From: Setoptus koraiensis
Lineage: Eukaryota; Animalia; Arthropoda
Direction: 5' to 3'
Assembly (NCBI GenBank): GCA_048013815.1
Contig: CM106585.1
Span: forward strand, 930,001-994,000
Length of the DNA stretch: 64,000 bases
This document shows, one piece after another, positions 12,984 to 26,640 of this stretch. The notes under the pieces are model-generated. The model did not search any database, was not told the origin of the DNA, and saw only the letters and a program-made list of their open reading frames with translations. The stretch's first letter is position 1; every line of letters begins with the position of its first letter. The translations under genes were made by a program, and so were the position numbers.

Positions 12984-15510
12984 CTGTAAGTGGAGACAGA
13001 AAAACGAGAAGCGGGTTTGCCGAGGGCCATAAGCGAGATAGTATAGGCGACAATTGAACGATAAAACTGTGAAGGGTCACGGTTTAGATTTCTTTTTTAT
13101 AGGTTTACATGAAAAAATGGCCGTTCTAAATGATGGCTAATAGAGCTATTAATGGTGGTGGTTGACAGAAGAAGAAATGACATGAGAAAGGCCGCCATTT
13201 GAGTAGATAAAAACCAACTGCACGCACCTCGATATACAAGCAATAGTTGATACAACATTCTTTCATCACTAAACTGTTAGTTGCTGGCTATCGCAACATA
13301 TTATGTAACATACAAAAGGGAACAGCTAACCACGATGACCACCATTTCAATGGTGTGGTCCCGTCACAAGGGGTCAGATGCAATCGTCTATGTTTGGTCG
13401 GTGATAAACCTATTGTGTAAGCAATTCGAGGCATCACTTTAAACCGACACATGCGTGTTTGTATTTTTAAGTGTGTGGGGGTATATGTGTGTGAAATTCA
13501 CAACATTGTCACACAACCCGTTTAAATAATAGGTGCCACCCTCACTTACGCAAACGCACACACAAACATATGTAATATATTACGCAATATATAGGTTAGT
13601 TAGGTGGCCATTTGTCAACTGCAATCTCAACAAAAGTTTTATGTTTTGTTTTGTTGTTTTGTTTCTTGTCTGAAGAATAGGCGCAATTTCTCCTTCGAAA
13701 TTCTTTCGTATTGTGGTCTCAGTTGATGATCAATGGTTATTGAAGAACCACAGATAATACACATAATATACAGACAATGTCCGCATGTGAGAGAAGGCAC
13801 TTTCAAATTGTATGATGGGCATAAATTCTAGCGGTTTAAATATATCACCGCGCACATGTAAACACACCTAGCTTGCGTGTTTAGAATAATACAATTATAT
13901 TTTTCGCCCTGTCTCTCTATCAGATGGCTCGTGTAGTTTGGTTAACGAAAAATGAAACTGGCACGATATACACCTACTATTAGTAGTTTCAAGTAACTTG
14001 TCGAAAAACATGATCTTGGCTGCTTGCGATGCTGATGATCGTCATCGTTTTGTTTTTAAACAAATCGCATCCACGTGCAACGGCAACAACAGCAACCTTA
14101 AAACAATTCTAACCAAGCGACAACAATCCACGCAACGATAACCCATTAATTTATCAGGCCAAAAGAGTTACACCATCGCTATATATAATGGTATCTTTTA
14201 CAATTGTCAGTGAGTAGGTATTGGTTGTGGTTGTTGGTGGCAAACATCAAATGCGGCGATTATCCATTATGACATGATGATATCAAAATGTTATTTTGGT
14301 TGCTTTTAACATTTTGTTGTTGTTTGCATTCATTTTTCTCGCATGAAACAAACAAACAACAAATAATATAATCAAATGTTTGCAACAGCAACCATTGTTT
14401 TTTGTGTGCCGCTTGTGTGAGCGTGCTATGCAAAGACATCATCAATCATTGTAAAATCTTATTCAACAACACCATACACATGCACACGCAATTCTACCGA
14501 ACGAAATTGCGTTTGCATCGTCACAAGGGCAGCACACTAAACACTACAGGTAACCTTTATGATTGGACCATTATCAGAGATTACATCATTTCAGAGCGCC
14601 TATCTAAACGGTTTGACAGAGCGGCAGGCCACTGAAAATGTCACTTTGTTTAACAAAGTTTGTTGTGAAGAGGCGAGCAGTGTTGCTTTAGTCAGTTGTT
14701 AGTTAAGTTAGTTTTTTAAAACAAAAACACCAAATCATTGATGATGCAACTAAACCCACTTTACTCCATGTCACGCTCTCATAATCAACTAACTGAGAAA
14801 AAAAAACTGGTGTGCATTCGTGAACCGGAAGCAACCTTGTCGATACATTTTGGCGATCGCTGTCTAGATTGTTGATTAGATCTAACAATATCTCTCTTGC
14901 TATGTGTATATCGCATTATAAAAAAGTGCATAGCGCCGTGTCTTGTTAAACAACGGCACAAATTGGTATCGTTAGAGCTGACTTTTTGTTTCGACGCCAC
15001 ATATATATGTATTTCTATATATACTTTCTGGCTTGTGTGTTCTCGAGCTGCATACGTAATGTAGATTGTTGCGTGAAATCGTTCGTCGGCTTAAGATGGA
15101 CCAGCTATTGCGCCTCACACTGTGGGTACTACATTTCTGTTCACTGGCCCACGCCTGAGACCTAGACAATGCTATGCGTGAGTCCAGACACACCAACACT
15201 TAGAGCAAAATAAGTTGCGCCAGTTGTTGCGAAAAAGGCCACACCGAGGACTTGATTTGTAGGTCCCCGAGGCGATATTTGCCAACCAATCAGGCGCAAT
15301 ACCGGGCAAGTCTTATTGCTTTCGGATGATTGCAAAGATACCATTATTTGTGCGCATACATATACACACTTCTTCCGGTTGAGTCTAACATTAGTATCGC
15401 TGGTAGCATGACCATCGGTTTTGGTGCTGGTATTGCTGCTAGTTTGCCGTTGCTTGATTGTGAATGTACGCTGTTCAGGTTGATTCGACTTGGTTCTCTT
15501 TTTAGTTGTG

Positions 15511-15525
15511 GTGTGTGTGTGTGTA

Positions 15526-15556
<31 letters not shown>
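15511..15556. repeat. (GT)n microsatellite, imperfect
   Basis: Seen directly in the sequence. Confidence 0.95.
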
Positions 15557-15557
<1 letters not shown>

Positions 15558-15888
15558 AGTGTAATAGGAAGTTTGTTTGACAACTGCGTGTGAAAATCAA
15601 ACTACCATTACTACTGTATTGCGTTCAACAACAGCACATGTAACATATATCCTGGTCAAGCTAATCCTCACCTTACGTGAGCCTGTCATCTAGCGGTAAC
15701 TCAGCTCACCAGCGACCGTTCAAAAACTACTACCACTCAAATGTATTTTGGTAGCGGTCATTCTCGTCTACTTAGGGCCACTAGTGCTAGATTGCTGACT
15801 AGTCTAGTTAGCAAGGGTAGCTTTAATAGTTATGTGGCGCTGAATCATTAGGTCGATTATATGAATACATTTTTCATCGGAAAACAGC

Positions 15889-15893
15889 GGAGA

Positions 15894-15926
<33 letters not shown>
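15889..15926. repeat. (GA)n microsatellite
   Basis: Seen directly in the sequence. Confidence 0.95.
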
Positions 15927-16286
15927 CAGTGCGGTTGGCGACGAAGCACACAAAAAACATCAAAGAGGCCAAATCAATAGTGTAGGTGAAACAGCAAAGA
16001 TAAAATGATAAGATAATGAATTATATGTGCGTGTCTACATATGAGCACGTTAGACCTAGTTGTCATAGTGGTGGCGGCAGTCGCTATAGTTTTCGTCAGA
16101 TCAATTTCTAGCCTATGATTATCATTAGTTGTGGTTGAACGAATGACATAAGCAAGTTATAAAGGCATGCTGGGTCGCTTATCATTCTTGAATCAATTTG
16201 TAGACTTGGCGAGCTAGCTGGCCAGTTGCAGCTCGCACAATGTACTCATTTTACTGGCAAAGTCCATATATACATGTGCGTGTGTA

Positions 16287-16288
<2 letters not shown>

Positions 16289-16335
<47 letters not shown>
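16289..16335. repeat. (GT)n microsatellite
   Basis: Seen directly in the sequence. Confidence 0.95.
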
Positions 16336-16338
<3 letters not shown>

Positions 16339-19300
16339 TATAAATTGACAGGCGAGCCTGGAGCTAAATTTCGTTTCATGTTGAGACGACTCATCAATTC
16401 TTTTGCGGTTCGTTACTAGCCTGCCCACCGCTCTTCTACGAAAATGGGGATTAATTTATATGAATGATACTCAGATTCATTATGTGATCATATTGTGGGG
16501 TTGTTAAACTCTTATTTATGCGAATCATATACAGCGCAAACAGACACAGGCTTGGCTGGTAATCAAGCCAATGACGTTGTGCCAGTCGATAGGGTCGCTC
16601 CTTGGATCTTGGAGGCGAAATCTGTTAAAACACTAGCAATATGGAGGTAAAAACTAAGCTTTCAAAAAACAACCAAACTGAGTGTTTCTTTTTATTTCTA
16701 TATTTTCGACACACATCGAGCGCAAACATGGAATTGAGTCGAAATATTGCATCACCAAAGAATGCGCAAATTGAGAGAAGGTGGGCCGGGTGCAGTCAAC
16801 GTCATGATAAACTCAGATTGCCACCTAGGCATTATCGCATCACAAACGGTGCTAGTTTTATAAATCGCTACTACTAAGTGGCTACGCTTTTATTTCTAGA
16901 CATTGTGGTTTCTAGACATTCGCAAAATTCTACGTAATGACACTCAGGCAGTTGTATTCGACACTGTAGGCGGACAAGCATTGGCACGACACCATCATTG
17001 AGCGACTGAATTGTTACCCTCTATAGTCAAGCGTACACACACGAATGTTCGTATTAGTAATACGTTCTTGTTTGTAGGTGCCTCTTGTATTGTAGACACC
17101 ACTGCAGCCATTGGAACCAAAACAAAATTTATTAGTAGTAGTAGTCAAGGTGCAATAGTCATAGGCGACAAACAAGAGAATAAACATGAGGAAGACAATA
17201 GAAACAACAATTAATCATTCACGTCGATATTGTATTGTTTCAGGTTGTGTCATGTGCATAAGTATCAATAATGAGATTATAGAATGCTGCGAACTCTTCG
17301 CCAACGATTCACCCACTATAAACACAGTGACAACCAAAGCAAGCTTGTGTATGTATATTGATGATCGAGACAATTTATCCGAAAGCATCTATGGGCAGTA
17401 AAATTGATATGGTACACACATCGTTATTGCTATAGCGAACAGCGAATAGGTAGCCAAGTGAAAATAGAGTCACTATTTTCTTACAAATCATTCATGAGCT
17501 CTCTAAGAAACAACACACAACAAAGTGGCCGTGAATTCATTTGAATCTGCTTTGTTTCATTCGCATTATCGTCAACATTATATATAATGTTATTATAACG
17601 ATATAAACTCTGTCTAGGATAATAATAGAATAATGTTTGTCATCGCCATAATGCCACTTTCTTACCCAGATTACTATCATCATAATATGTCTTTCAGGGG
17701 TCATGATATTTGGGGTTACTGCCAACCGTAGGGGCGGTCTTTTTGTGTGTCGCGCCTCGTTATTAGGAGATTTACCTTGAAAGGAAGGCGCACACAGAAA
17801 CGAAAGTTGTTCCTAAAGTAGTTTTGGTACTTTGAGCTTTTAGAGCTTTTTGCCATTTCAACAAACCGCTACTTTGTTTCGCGCATAAAATCTTGTTAGA
17901 CATGACAACTACCTATCAAGATTTTCGATCAAATCCACTAATGTGATCATGCCGCAGCATTTATCTGTTTCGTGCTGGCATCTCAAACAGGTAGTTGCTT
18001 GAAGTGAGAATATTAGATTGGGTAATGGTGTTATAACAATGTATGCTTGTCACGCTTGCACATAAAAAGAACAAGAGATTTTTTCTTGCAGAAGTGAGGT
18101 CCATTTAGGCGAACACTGTCAATGCGTTACAGATCGAAAAGAATCAAGTCATCCCTATGATTTAGCTTGCGGCTGAAATCATATACTCTCATACATGAGT
18201 TTCTATCTTAGCTACACACTAACTCACACTGGCTCGGCAATAATAATAATGAACGACAAGCCAGAGCTAAATTTGTGCGTAAAGGTATGTGTATGAGGCT
18301 GTGTATGTGTTGGTTTGAATAGTCGGACTAAGGGTCGGAAAGTCTCGCAATAAGAGATATACTGTATTTTCTCAAGATAAGGGTAGAATAAAAACGAGGA
18401 AGCAAGGGATAGAGAAAGAGGTCGAGATAACTATTTTTCAACTTTATCTTGTATCATGAGATGAAGTTGAATGGAAATTAAACCAATCGCCACGTGAGGG
18501 CACAGGCAAGAAGTTCATGAAGTTGACACAAATATTTTCTTTATTGTTGCTCCTTGGTATAATGGAATCCTCTAGAACTCCGATAAATCCAAGTTGGTAC
18601 AAAGAGAAGGAGTAGTAGGATGATACACACAGAAAAATTTAGTTTGCACATAGTTTCGTACGATAAGATTGCAAACCTCATTACGCAAGCGCCAGATATA
18701 TATGACGATACATAAATGAGATACTTACATACGCAATTCTTTGTATTTTGTATTTTAATAGGTGCGGATAAACTCGTCACAATACTCATTGTAATACAAG
18801 ACCTTTTATCGATGAACATATGAGGTAGGAAGTGGTAGGCTATCAATACAACATGAATCGTGCGCTTTACAAGTTGATATTGAATTCTTTTCATTATACA
18901 ATAATACTAGAAAGAAATCGAAAGGAAATAGAAAAAGGAATCTTCGATAGCTCTCTGCTTAATTATCTTGCCCTCATTCCCGTCTTGTAAACGATTTAAA
19001 AACGTTCATATATGTTTCGCAGAATATCCGCCACACCATATATGGGACGAGCCTGATTTCAAGGTGGTCCCTTCCTTCTCATGATGGCTATACTAAAGAC
19101 CAATGATAGTTATAGAACTGTTTCGATTATCCGGGTATCTATTCTTTCGACAATTTATGCTAGGGTATATTTGAAAGAGAGCGCCCTCTCCACTTTATAT
19201 TTTATTGTATAAAAAGAGAGAAAGAGGTTGGTAATCGCCATGATTTGCGAGGATCTAACCATCTTGAAAACGCTTTGCAAGCAGATGTACTCAGATGGAA

Positions 19301-20273
19301 AAGTGTTTTAGAATCCAAACATTATGGTGGCACATATGTATCGTCTATTATGGTGTACACATAAGGAATTAATGTCAGCAGAATTGGATTGTAACAAAAT
19401 AGAACAGCGAATTGTGATTGGGCCGTTAATGCCGATGGTCACTTAAATGACTTTCATTGCTGCTGGGGAATCTTTCTAGTTTCGCTATCCCTTTCTCTGG
19501 TTTGACTTCTTTGTGAAAGCACAAAAGTGACAGAACCGAATCAATGAAAGTAGCCGTGCCTCCCATAATAGATCTATAAACAGTACCCGCACTTTTCCAC
19601 CAATTATATAAAAACTATAAATGAGAGTTTGTTTAGTTTGCGCTGTCGCTTCCCGAATTCGTGGCTTATTTCAACAAGCTTTTACATTATAAAAGATCAG
19701 ATAATGTGTTTATGTGCTATTACTTATTATACTTATATCTAACTAGTCTAACTTATTATAGCGAACCTTTTAGGATTCGGAGGGATGCACATCTCTTCCA
19801 CACATTCGCATTCACTGAGTGTATGTGTTTGTGTGAAAGAGGATATAATTTGATGATAATTGTAGAAAAAATACAAATCACCGAAAACCAGCAGTGAGAG
19901 GGCATGAACCATTTTTTCATTCTTCTTGGAACAATGGTAATTGATGTCATGCTAGATGCACACACTGTCATCGAGCATTAGACATTTTGAAATTTAAAAG
20001 TCACAAAAAAGCAAATGATCAGATGTGAATTTGACATTGATCTATGGCACATTGGTTTTTGAGGATAATGTTCTAGTCAACACATTTCATTTCATAAGCA
20101 ATGTACTAAAGGGTCTAATCTATAATGTACAGAAACGGTGTGCAAGTTGAACCAAACAAATGTCATGTGATATCAGCGACAACAACAATAAGCTACATAG
20201 TGATGTATCTATCTTAACAAGAAAAGAAAAAGTTTTCAGCCAAACTAATTGGCCAGTAGCGTAGTCTACTTAC

Positions 20274-23200
20274 GTTGTATCGGAATTGGGCCTCCCTGGA
20301 CATTCTGGTTTTGCTTGGCTTGTTTTCTGGATTTTTTCCCTTTGATTTGTAGATATATCATAATTAGTTGCTACACCGGTAGAGTCAATAAGTGATGATG
20401 CGTTCGTCGCCGTCATCGTTGTCGTAGTTGTTGTCGTCGTGGTCGCCGTTGTTGACTTCGTATCAGGACTAGTAGTAGTGGTACCAGCGTCCACATTGTG
20501 TTCTTTGCGTTGTTCTTGGGTGCACTCAATGTTGAATGGATTCTGCTTTTTTTTACTTTCATGAACAATATCGTCAGAATAGAGAGCATTGCCGCTCGTT
20601 GGCTCTACTACGTCAGTTTGTTGCGTCTGATTTACCCGATTGTTAATTTTGTGTTTACCATCGTCGGCTTCACCAAACGACAACTGACTTTGTCTCACAG
20701 AATCACCTGCCACTATTGGGAACTGGTGACAACTATCTTGTGCTCGAACATTATCTCTCTTTTCCACCATCAGCAGCTTCGACTCGATATCTACCTGCTG
20801 ATTTTCAATAGTATTTCTATGGATGATTTGTTGCTCACATTGGTCAGCTTGCTCAGCGAACAACTTCTGATGGTTTCTCATTTGTTGTTGTATATCGTTC
20901 GATTGATAGAAAGGATCACGATTGTTGTTGTGCTGAATGTCTATGTTTGCACATGCAGGTGAAGAGTGTTCGTTGATCAGGAATGGATTTTTCGATTCTC
21001 CTCGAAAAGGCGGCTTATTTATCATGTTACCAATTGTTATTTTGATAACGCCTTCATCGTCGTTACTAGAATCAGATCCCTCAACATCAATTTGCAGTAC
21101 ATCGCCACAATTCGATAGCCCCCTATCCGACTTAACTGAATTATTCATACTTTTTTCGGAGGTTCGGCTATTCTTTGATCTCTGTGGCTGAGATCGATCG
21201 TATATGGGTGAAAGCTTTGATGTAACTTGCATTGATTTAGGATTCTGTTCATTGGCGGAATAATTTGTTGTTATTGTTGAGTAATCGTCACTCGTGAATG
21301 TTTCATCTTCTGCTCTGTAAGAGCTATGTTTAGGTGAATTGTTGATAGTTGGCGATGCACAATCTAACTTCAGGCTCTCATAGTACTTTGTTGAAAACTT
21401 GGTTGGTGACGAAAATGTTTTCTCTTGACCACACGAACAATTACTGCTGATCATTTCTGGATAACCACCGGGATTCATCATATCATCGTCTTCAATTTTA
21501 TCGTGCAATACTCTCCTATTTTGGACGGAAGTTAAATAAATAAAAATCAATTAATTAATTAGTGATGAAACAACTTTTTTTACATTCTGATCAAGTATAG
21601 TATAGAGTCTCGAATCAAAGACATGACAACATGACACGAATCGTGAACAATCTAGTAGATGTTCGGTTTCCTTCCTGTCTATGATGAATCTGGATTTCGA
21701 GTGGATTCGAAGATTTTTGTGCGGACAAAAGATTTTCACTCAAATGTAGTGAACCAGTGCAAAATCACTGACTCGTTACAAGACCTCCAAATTTAGGCAG
21801 CGTGACCTCAATCTTATCAGCTATCTTGATTGTCATCACACCAGACAAGTGTAAAGACTTACTCTGAGTTGGGAATTATTGTTTTGCGCAACATTCTGGA
21901 CGAGCATTCACTCTGCGGACTTCTAGATTTAGTTCGGCTCGTTGATGATCCTCCATAATTGCTGAACGTATTTGATACGGCACGTGGCACATTTGACCAC
22001 TCCACTTGAGGTAATTGCCGATGATTCTTTTCATAGTTGTCATCCTGGTTGAATACTTTTTGTTGTTGTAGTTGCTGACTTGTGGAATAAACATTAGAAA
22101 CGTTTGGTCTATACATGTTGTAATTTTCGTGTTCTGCGGTTTGATTTCTAAGTAGCGGTCGTCTTGTCTCCATATTCAGGTCACGCATTTCCTGTTCCGA
22201 CTCATCAATCAGTGACTCTATACGTTTTTGATTTTGGTTTTCTGTCAATCGCTCGTTAATAGGCTTGTTATCTTGTATGTTGTTGAGATTATAGTTGTTG
22301 TTATGCCTAATCATCGTGACAGTGACCTTCTGATTGTGCTGCGTTTGTGTCAATTTGATACCTAAATTAGCGTTGTTGTCTCGCACAAAACTGTCACTTT
22401 TTATCATATAACGATGCCTTATTCGTTGAGGTGATCTAGTCGACATATTGATTGAATAAGAGCTGTCGTTAGGAATTTTCATTACGTATTGATTGTGATC
22501 AGCATGGTTATCCCAATTAGGTTGCATCATAGTGACATTGGCAACATCGTTTACATCGCGTTCTACACCCGCGAAATATCTTTGACTTGATAGTTGTTGT
22601 TGCTTGGCATTTGTGTTCACTTGATCTGACTTATTCATTCTTGTTGGGCTGTTAAGGTATGTATTATAATTACTATCGCTAATGTTTCTGGTTGAACTAG
22701 AAGCTGAAGAGGTGTTCATTAGATTATTGTTTTCATTAACTTGATGCGCTTTGTAGTGATTGTTTGATTTGCTATCAACATCGTGCATATCAATATCATG
22801 ATAAGTAACATCGAAGTTTCTACTATCGGGCTCATAAGATTTTGCGCAAATTTTCCCCTGAATTCTGTTTCTTTGCATATCATCTCTATTTTGTAAATTA
22901 ATCTTATTGTAATGAGGGTCGATTGTTGTGAATGATCTGGAATTGTTTCTAGGCAACTCATTAGGTCCAAGCTCACTTTCTAGTCCACTATCTGGCTCAT
23001 TGTCTAGACCTACAACCAGTTTTTGGGCGTTCATGTGTTTTGTACAAGAATCATTCAATTGCTTTAAGTTGGTAGTAGTGGTGTATTCGCGACTATTCAA
23101 TGGTATATTATTCAATAGCGACGACGATGACGACGAACGATGATTAGTATTATTGCTCACTATAGGCTGCTGAAACAAATGGTGATCGCCAAACGATTGA

Positions 23201-23968
23201 CGATGGTGATTGTTGTGAAGGTGATGATTAAGACGATTGTTATTGTTGTTGTAATCAGATGAGTTGGCCTCTTCTGCTGAAGATGACGATGATAATATTT
23301 TGTAGTCTGAGCCATTGTCAAGATGTTCATGATCGGTGTAATGAGTATGATGATGAGTTAAACTTGATGTTGAATTATTATCATTATATGTACCGTCGTC
23401 GTAATCTGTTATATTATTGTTATTTGCTATATTGTCGACATTGGTCAACAATTGTGAATCATGCATGCCTTGTTGTGTTATGTCTAGATCGTCACCAGAG
23501 GGTATAGATAGGGCCAATGTTAATTGTTTTATTTTGTCAAACGATATTGAGGTCTTTCTATCTGAGCGTAGGGCAAACAAACCGGCCCGGGATAAAGCAT
23601 CTTGTTGTGAACTGTTGAGTTTAGCTTGTTCAGAGTATGATCGATTCAAGTGAGAGCCTTCTCTTTGTTTGATATCTTTCTCATTCATTTTGACGACGAT
23701 TCCTTCATTGATATGTACAAAACGCAATAAAACTTATGGTAATATTAATATCAATAATAGTAATAATAATAATAATAACAATAATAACAGAAGAATATAA
23801 TAAATAATAAATGATTACATAGGTTTATACAGCATCTCCTCTCCACTATCTTGTCGCGTGTCTCCCCAATTATAGTTAGGTTCCAATTTCGGGGCCCGCG
23901 ACTGAATCCGCTCTTGTTTGCATGATTGACGCGGACCCTCGATTTATCTAACTCTACTTGCACTGCAT
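20274..23968 (-). CDS. Large unassigned multi-exon gene encoding an N/S/Q/H-rich, probably disordered protein. Exons 23968-23819 (tentative), 23732-21863, 21515-20274; both ends unresolved
   Basis: Two long ORFs (622 and 426 aa) each end exactly at a canonical GTAAGT donor (21862, 20273). They join in phase 2 through an acceptor at 21517-21516. A tentative 150-nt phase 1-1 exon lies 86 nt upstream. No domain recognised. Confidence 0.7.
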
Positions 23969-26640
23969 CTAATAATTTATTATTATTTGATACTGTTAGA
24001 TGTTACTTTGAATTTGCACAATTAAATAGTTATGATGAAAATGTTGATGGTAAAAACTATAATTATTATAAATAATTAATCGTTTCATATAGGTTTAATT
24101 GGTTGATTATTGAATACAAGCATGTCTTGAAGGCTTCCTACTTTCACTGTACATTGGATTACATAGAAATCCCATGAGCTCACATTGGGCGCTATTTATG
24201 GCGCGTAAGCAACAAGCAAAAACAAATGGAATCAATTGAAACACCCAGTAGCACACGATGCGAACTTTTGCAAGTCTTGCAGTGAATAGAACAAATACTA
24301 GTGAACTCACAAGTGGCCAGTGGAGTCACGCCATTCGATGCTGTACGGTAATAGTTCGGCATGAGTTGCGCACTATCAAGATATAGAACATAAATTTGCG
24401 CACCGATCTAACCAGTCGAGAAAGCGCCAATTTCGAGCAGCAAAATTTTTTGCCAAATAACAAATGTGTGTCGTCCCCAATATGTGTCACAGCCGATCAG
24501 AATACTAACGATAGCATGCAACTTTTTTTCCTTCAGCCATGCTTCGTATTTCGCCTCAAAAAAAAAAGGACATATCGTAGATCGAGGCCTAATAGCGAAG
24601 TTGTATTTGCATCTCAGATCAGTGATCACCTTTGAAATCGATGATTCAAGTGACTTGTCGCACTTTTGTTGCCACCACCGCCACCATCACCTCCAAACCA
24701 CCGAACACTCTCTGTAAGACACTATTCAACGGGTAAATAATAATTTGAGAGAACGCGCATCTCCTCTTTCTTGTATGTTGCACACTAGAACCCTTTCTCG
24801 GGTAATCCCTTTTTAAAGCGCCTCGTCAAACGAACGCTATCAACGCTATAGTAGTCATAATGAATTCAATGTTTGAATTTACATAACTCTAGTCTAAGCA
24901 GATGCTATAACAGTTTGGCATTGGACCAGAATAAGTCAAAAACAAAAATGAATGAATTGATCCATCAGTTGGACGATCTTCTCGTTTTGTCGAGCAATGC
25001 TAACAATTCTGAGAAACGCCGTGAAAAGTGGATCACCCAGGTGAAAATTTTTGGTAGTCTATAATTTGATATTTCCACAATATGCAATCATCGTCATCTT
25101 TAGATATAATTTTTTAGCGAGTTTGAGAGCGGGAAAATCTGGTGTCAACCATAGATTAAGCACACACATAGAACTGAAACTCCGCTCATTCACGAATAGA
25201 TGGACGTAGGCCTTGAGTTAGCGTGTCCGTCCATGGACCAGCTAATTCAATAGTGTTACTAAACTAAACAAAAGACCGTTGTTATAACAAATGCTGAATG
25301 GAAAAAAACGAGAGATTGTAATGATCTCATTGGCATTATAACTAGTGGTGAGAGAGATCGCATCATTCGTGAAGCTTGTGTGAGTGTGGGGCTTTACTGT
25401 CGGAAGTACCAAGTCTAGCTTATTGGATGAATAGTACGATTTAGGATCGAGATGAGATGCAATTCGTAACAACCATGCGCTTTCGTCTTTTATCCATATC
25501 TTTATCTTCTTCTTCGGCTTCTTGTCTAGATATAGAAGTGTTCTCTCTAGTAACAAGAGTGGCGCCGACCAATTTATGGGCAATACCGAGGGCAATAACA
25601 TAAATTATATTACATCTATTTATTGACCTGCTTATCTTGCAACGCCGTCGCACAATGAAGCTTATGAGATAGGAATGCGATGTGCTAGGTGACAAGACAA
25701 AGAAAAGAAGAGAGTGGCTATAGGGTGTCTTTTCTGTAACTTGGACTACACTGAAATGGTCTTTGATGGCTTCCACAATGCGTTCGGCCGAAATTGTGCC
25801 GCACAATTTTGAGTTTCTTGCATGCAAAATGTAACGTGCGTGAGCAGTCGGGCAAACTCAGTTGAGCACAGGTCTGAACTAATACACTGATTGATGGAGA
25901 ATAATGCACAGGTTCTACTTGGGTTGCGTTTGTTCCTTTTTGGTATACGCTCACACCAATGGCAAGACCAAGTTTAGTTCGTAACCATAGGCAGAGGGTT
26001 CTATTGCACATTACATAGGCAATTGCAGAGGAAAAATTCAGCATAACGTAAAAGAACGGGGTCCTGGTAATGCTGTGGACATTTCCAGGTGAGCACGCTG
26101 CAGCTTAGATCATGAGGAACTTTCACTTTACTGTTGACACTTCTCAATAGCCAATATCATAATCCAATTATTTCAATACATACATACCAGCTAGTCGGAG
26201 TAAGAATAACCATCTGATGTAGTTCGGCTGTGACCGCGCAGGGGCCCCCAAAAGCTTCAGACGCATGAGTCGTGACGCAAGCTCTCTTGCGTCAGGCAGA
26301 GAGAAATACAAAGATCTAGATTCTTGATTCAAATAGATGTTTATACAAGACCCCTGTGATGGAGAACAGGGGCCGGTTTCTTTAATATCGAAAACTTCAA
26401 CTTATATAAAGCCGACATAAATTGGACAGCATAATAAATACTAATCAATTGGTTTGTCAGACAATACAGATCTGGGCATTGCTGATTAGAGATGTCAAAT
26501 TAATTGGCTGATATAGGAACCACATTGACACATTTATAAACAAGCGACCAACACTAATGAAGTGAGGTGGCGGCAGCGGCTAGAGCACGCGAGGAAAAGG
26601 AGTTCTTGACGATATATTTTTTCTCACTTTTTATCACTGG

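Noticed and set aside
15162-15583. Long open minus-strand frames upstream of NOS (THTHTH..., TTKKRTKSNQPEQRTFTIKQR...)
   Set aside because: They run through a (CA)n microsatellite, with no convincing acceptor/donor pair or homology, so I could not support them as NOS exons.
17691-17720. CTTTCAGGGGTCAT...GTTACT resembles the 5' box A region of U3 snoRNA
   Set aside because: No box C' / B / C / D elements at the expected distances downstream; probably chance. An Infernal search with the U3 model would settle it.
25201-25233. Short hairpin whose minus strand starts TGGACGGA, the miR-184 seed
   Set aside because: The match stops after 8 nt, the stem is too short for a pre-miRNA, and the sequence is on the wrong arm.
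25242-26090. Overlapping 108-128-codon minus-strand ORFs and an isolated plus-strand CCAG|GTGAGC donor
   Set aside because: No recognisable family and no consistent exon chain. It may be a decayed gene or 5' exons of the orphan gene, but nothing supports a call.
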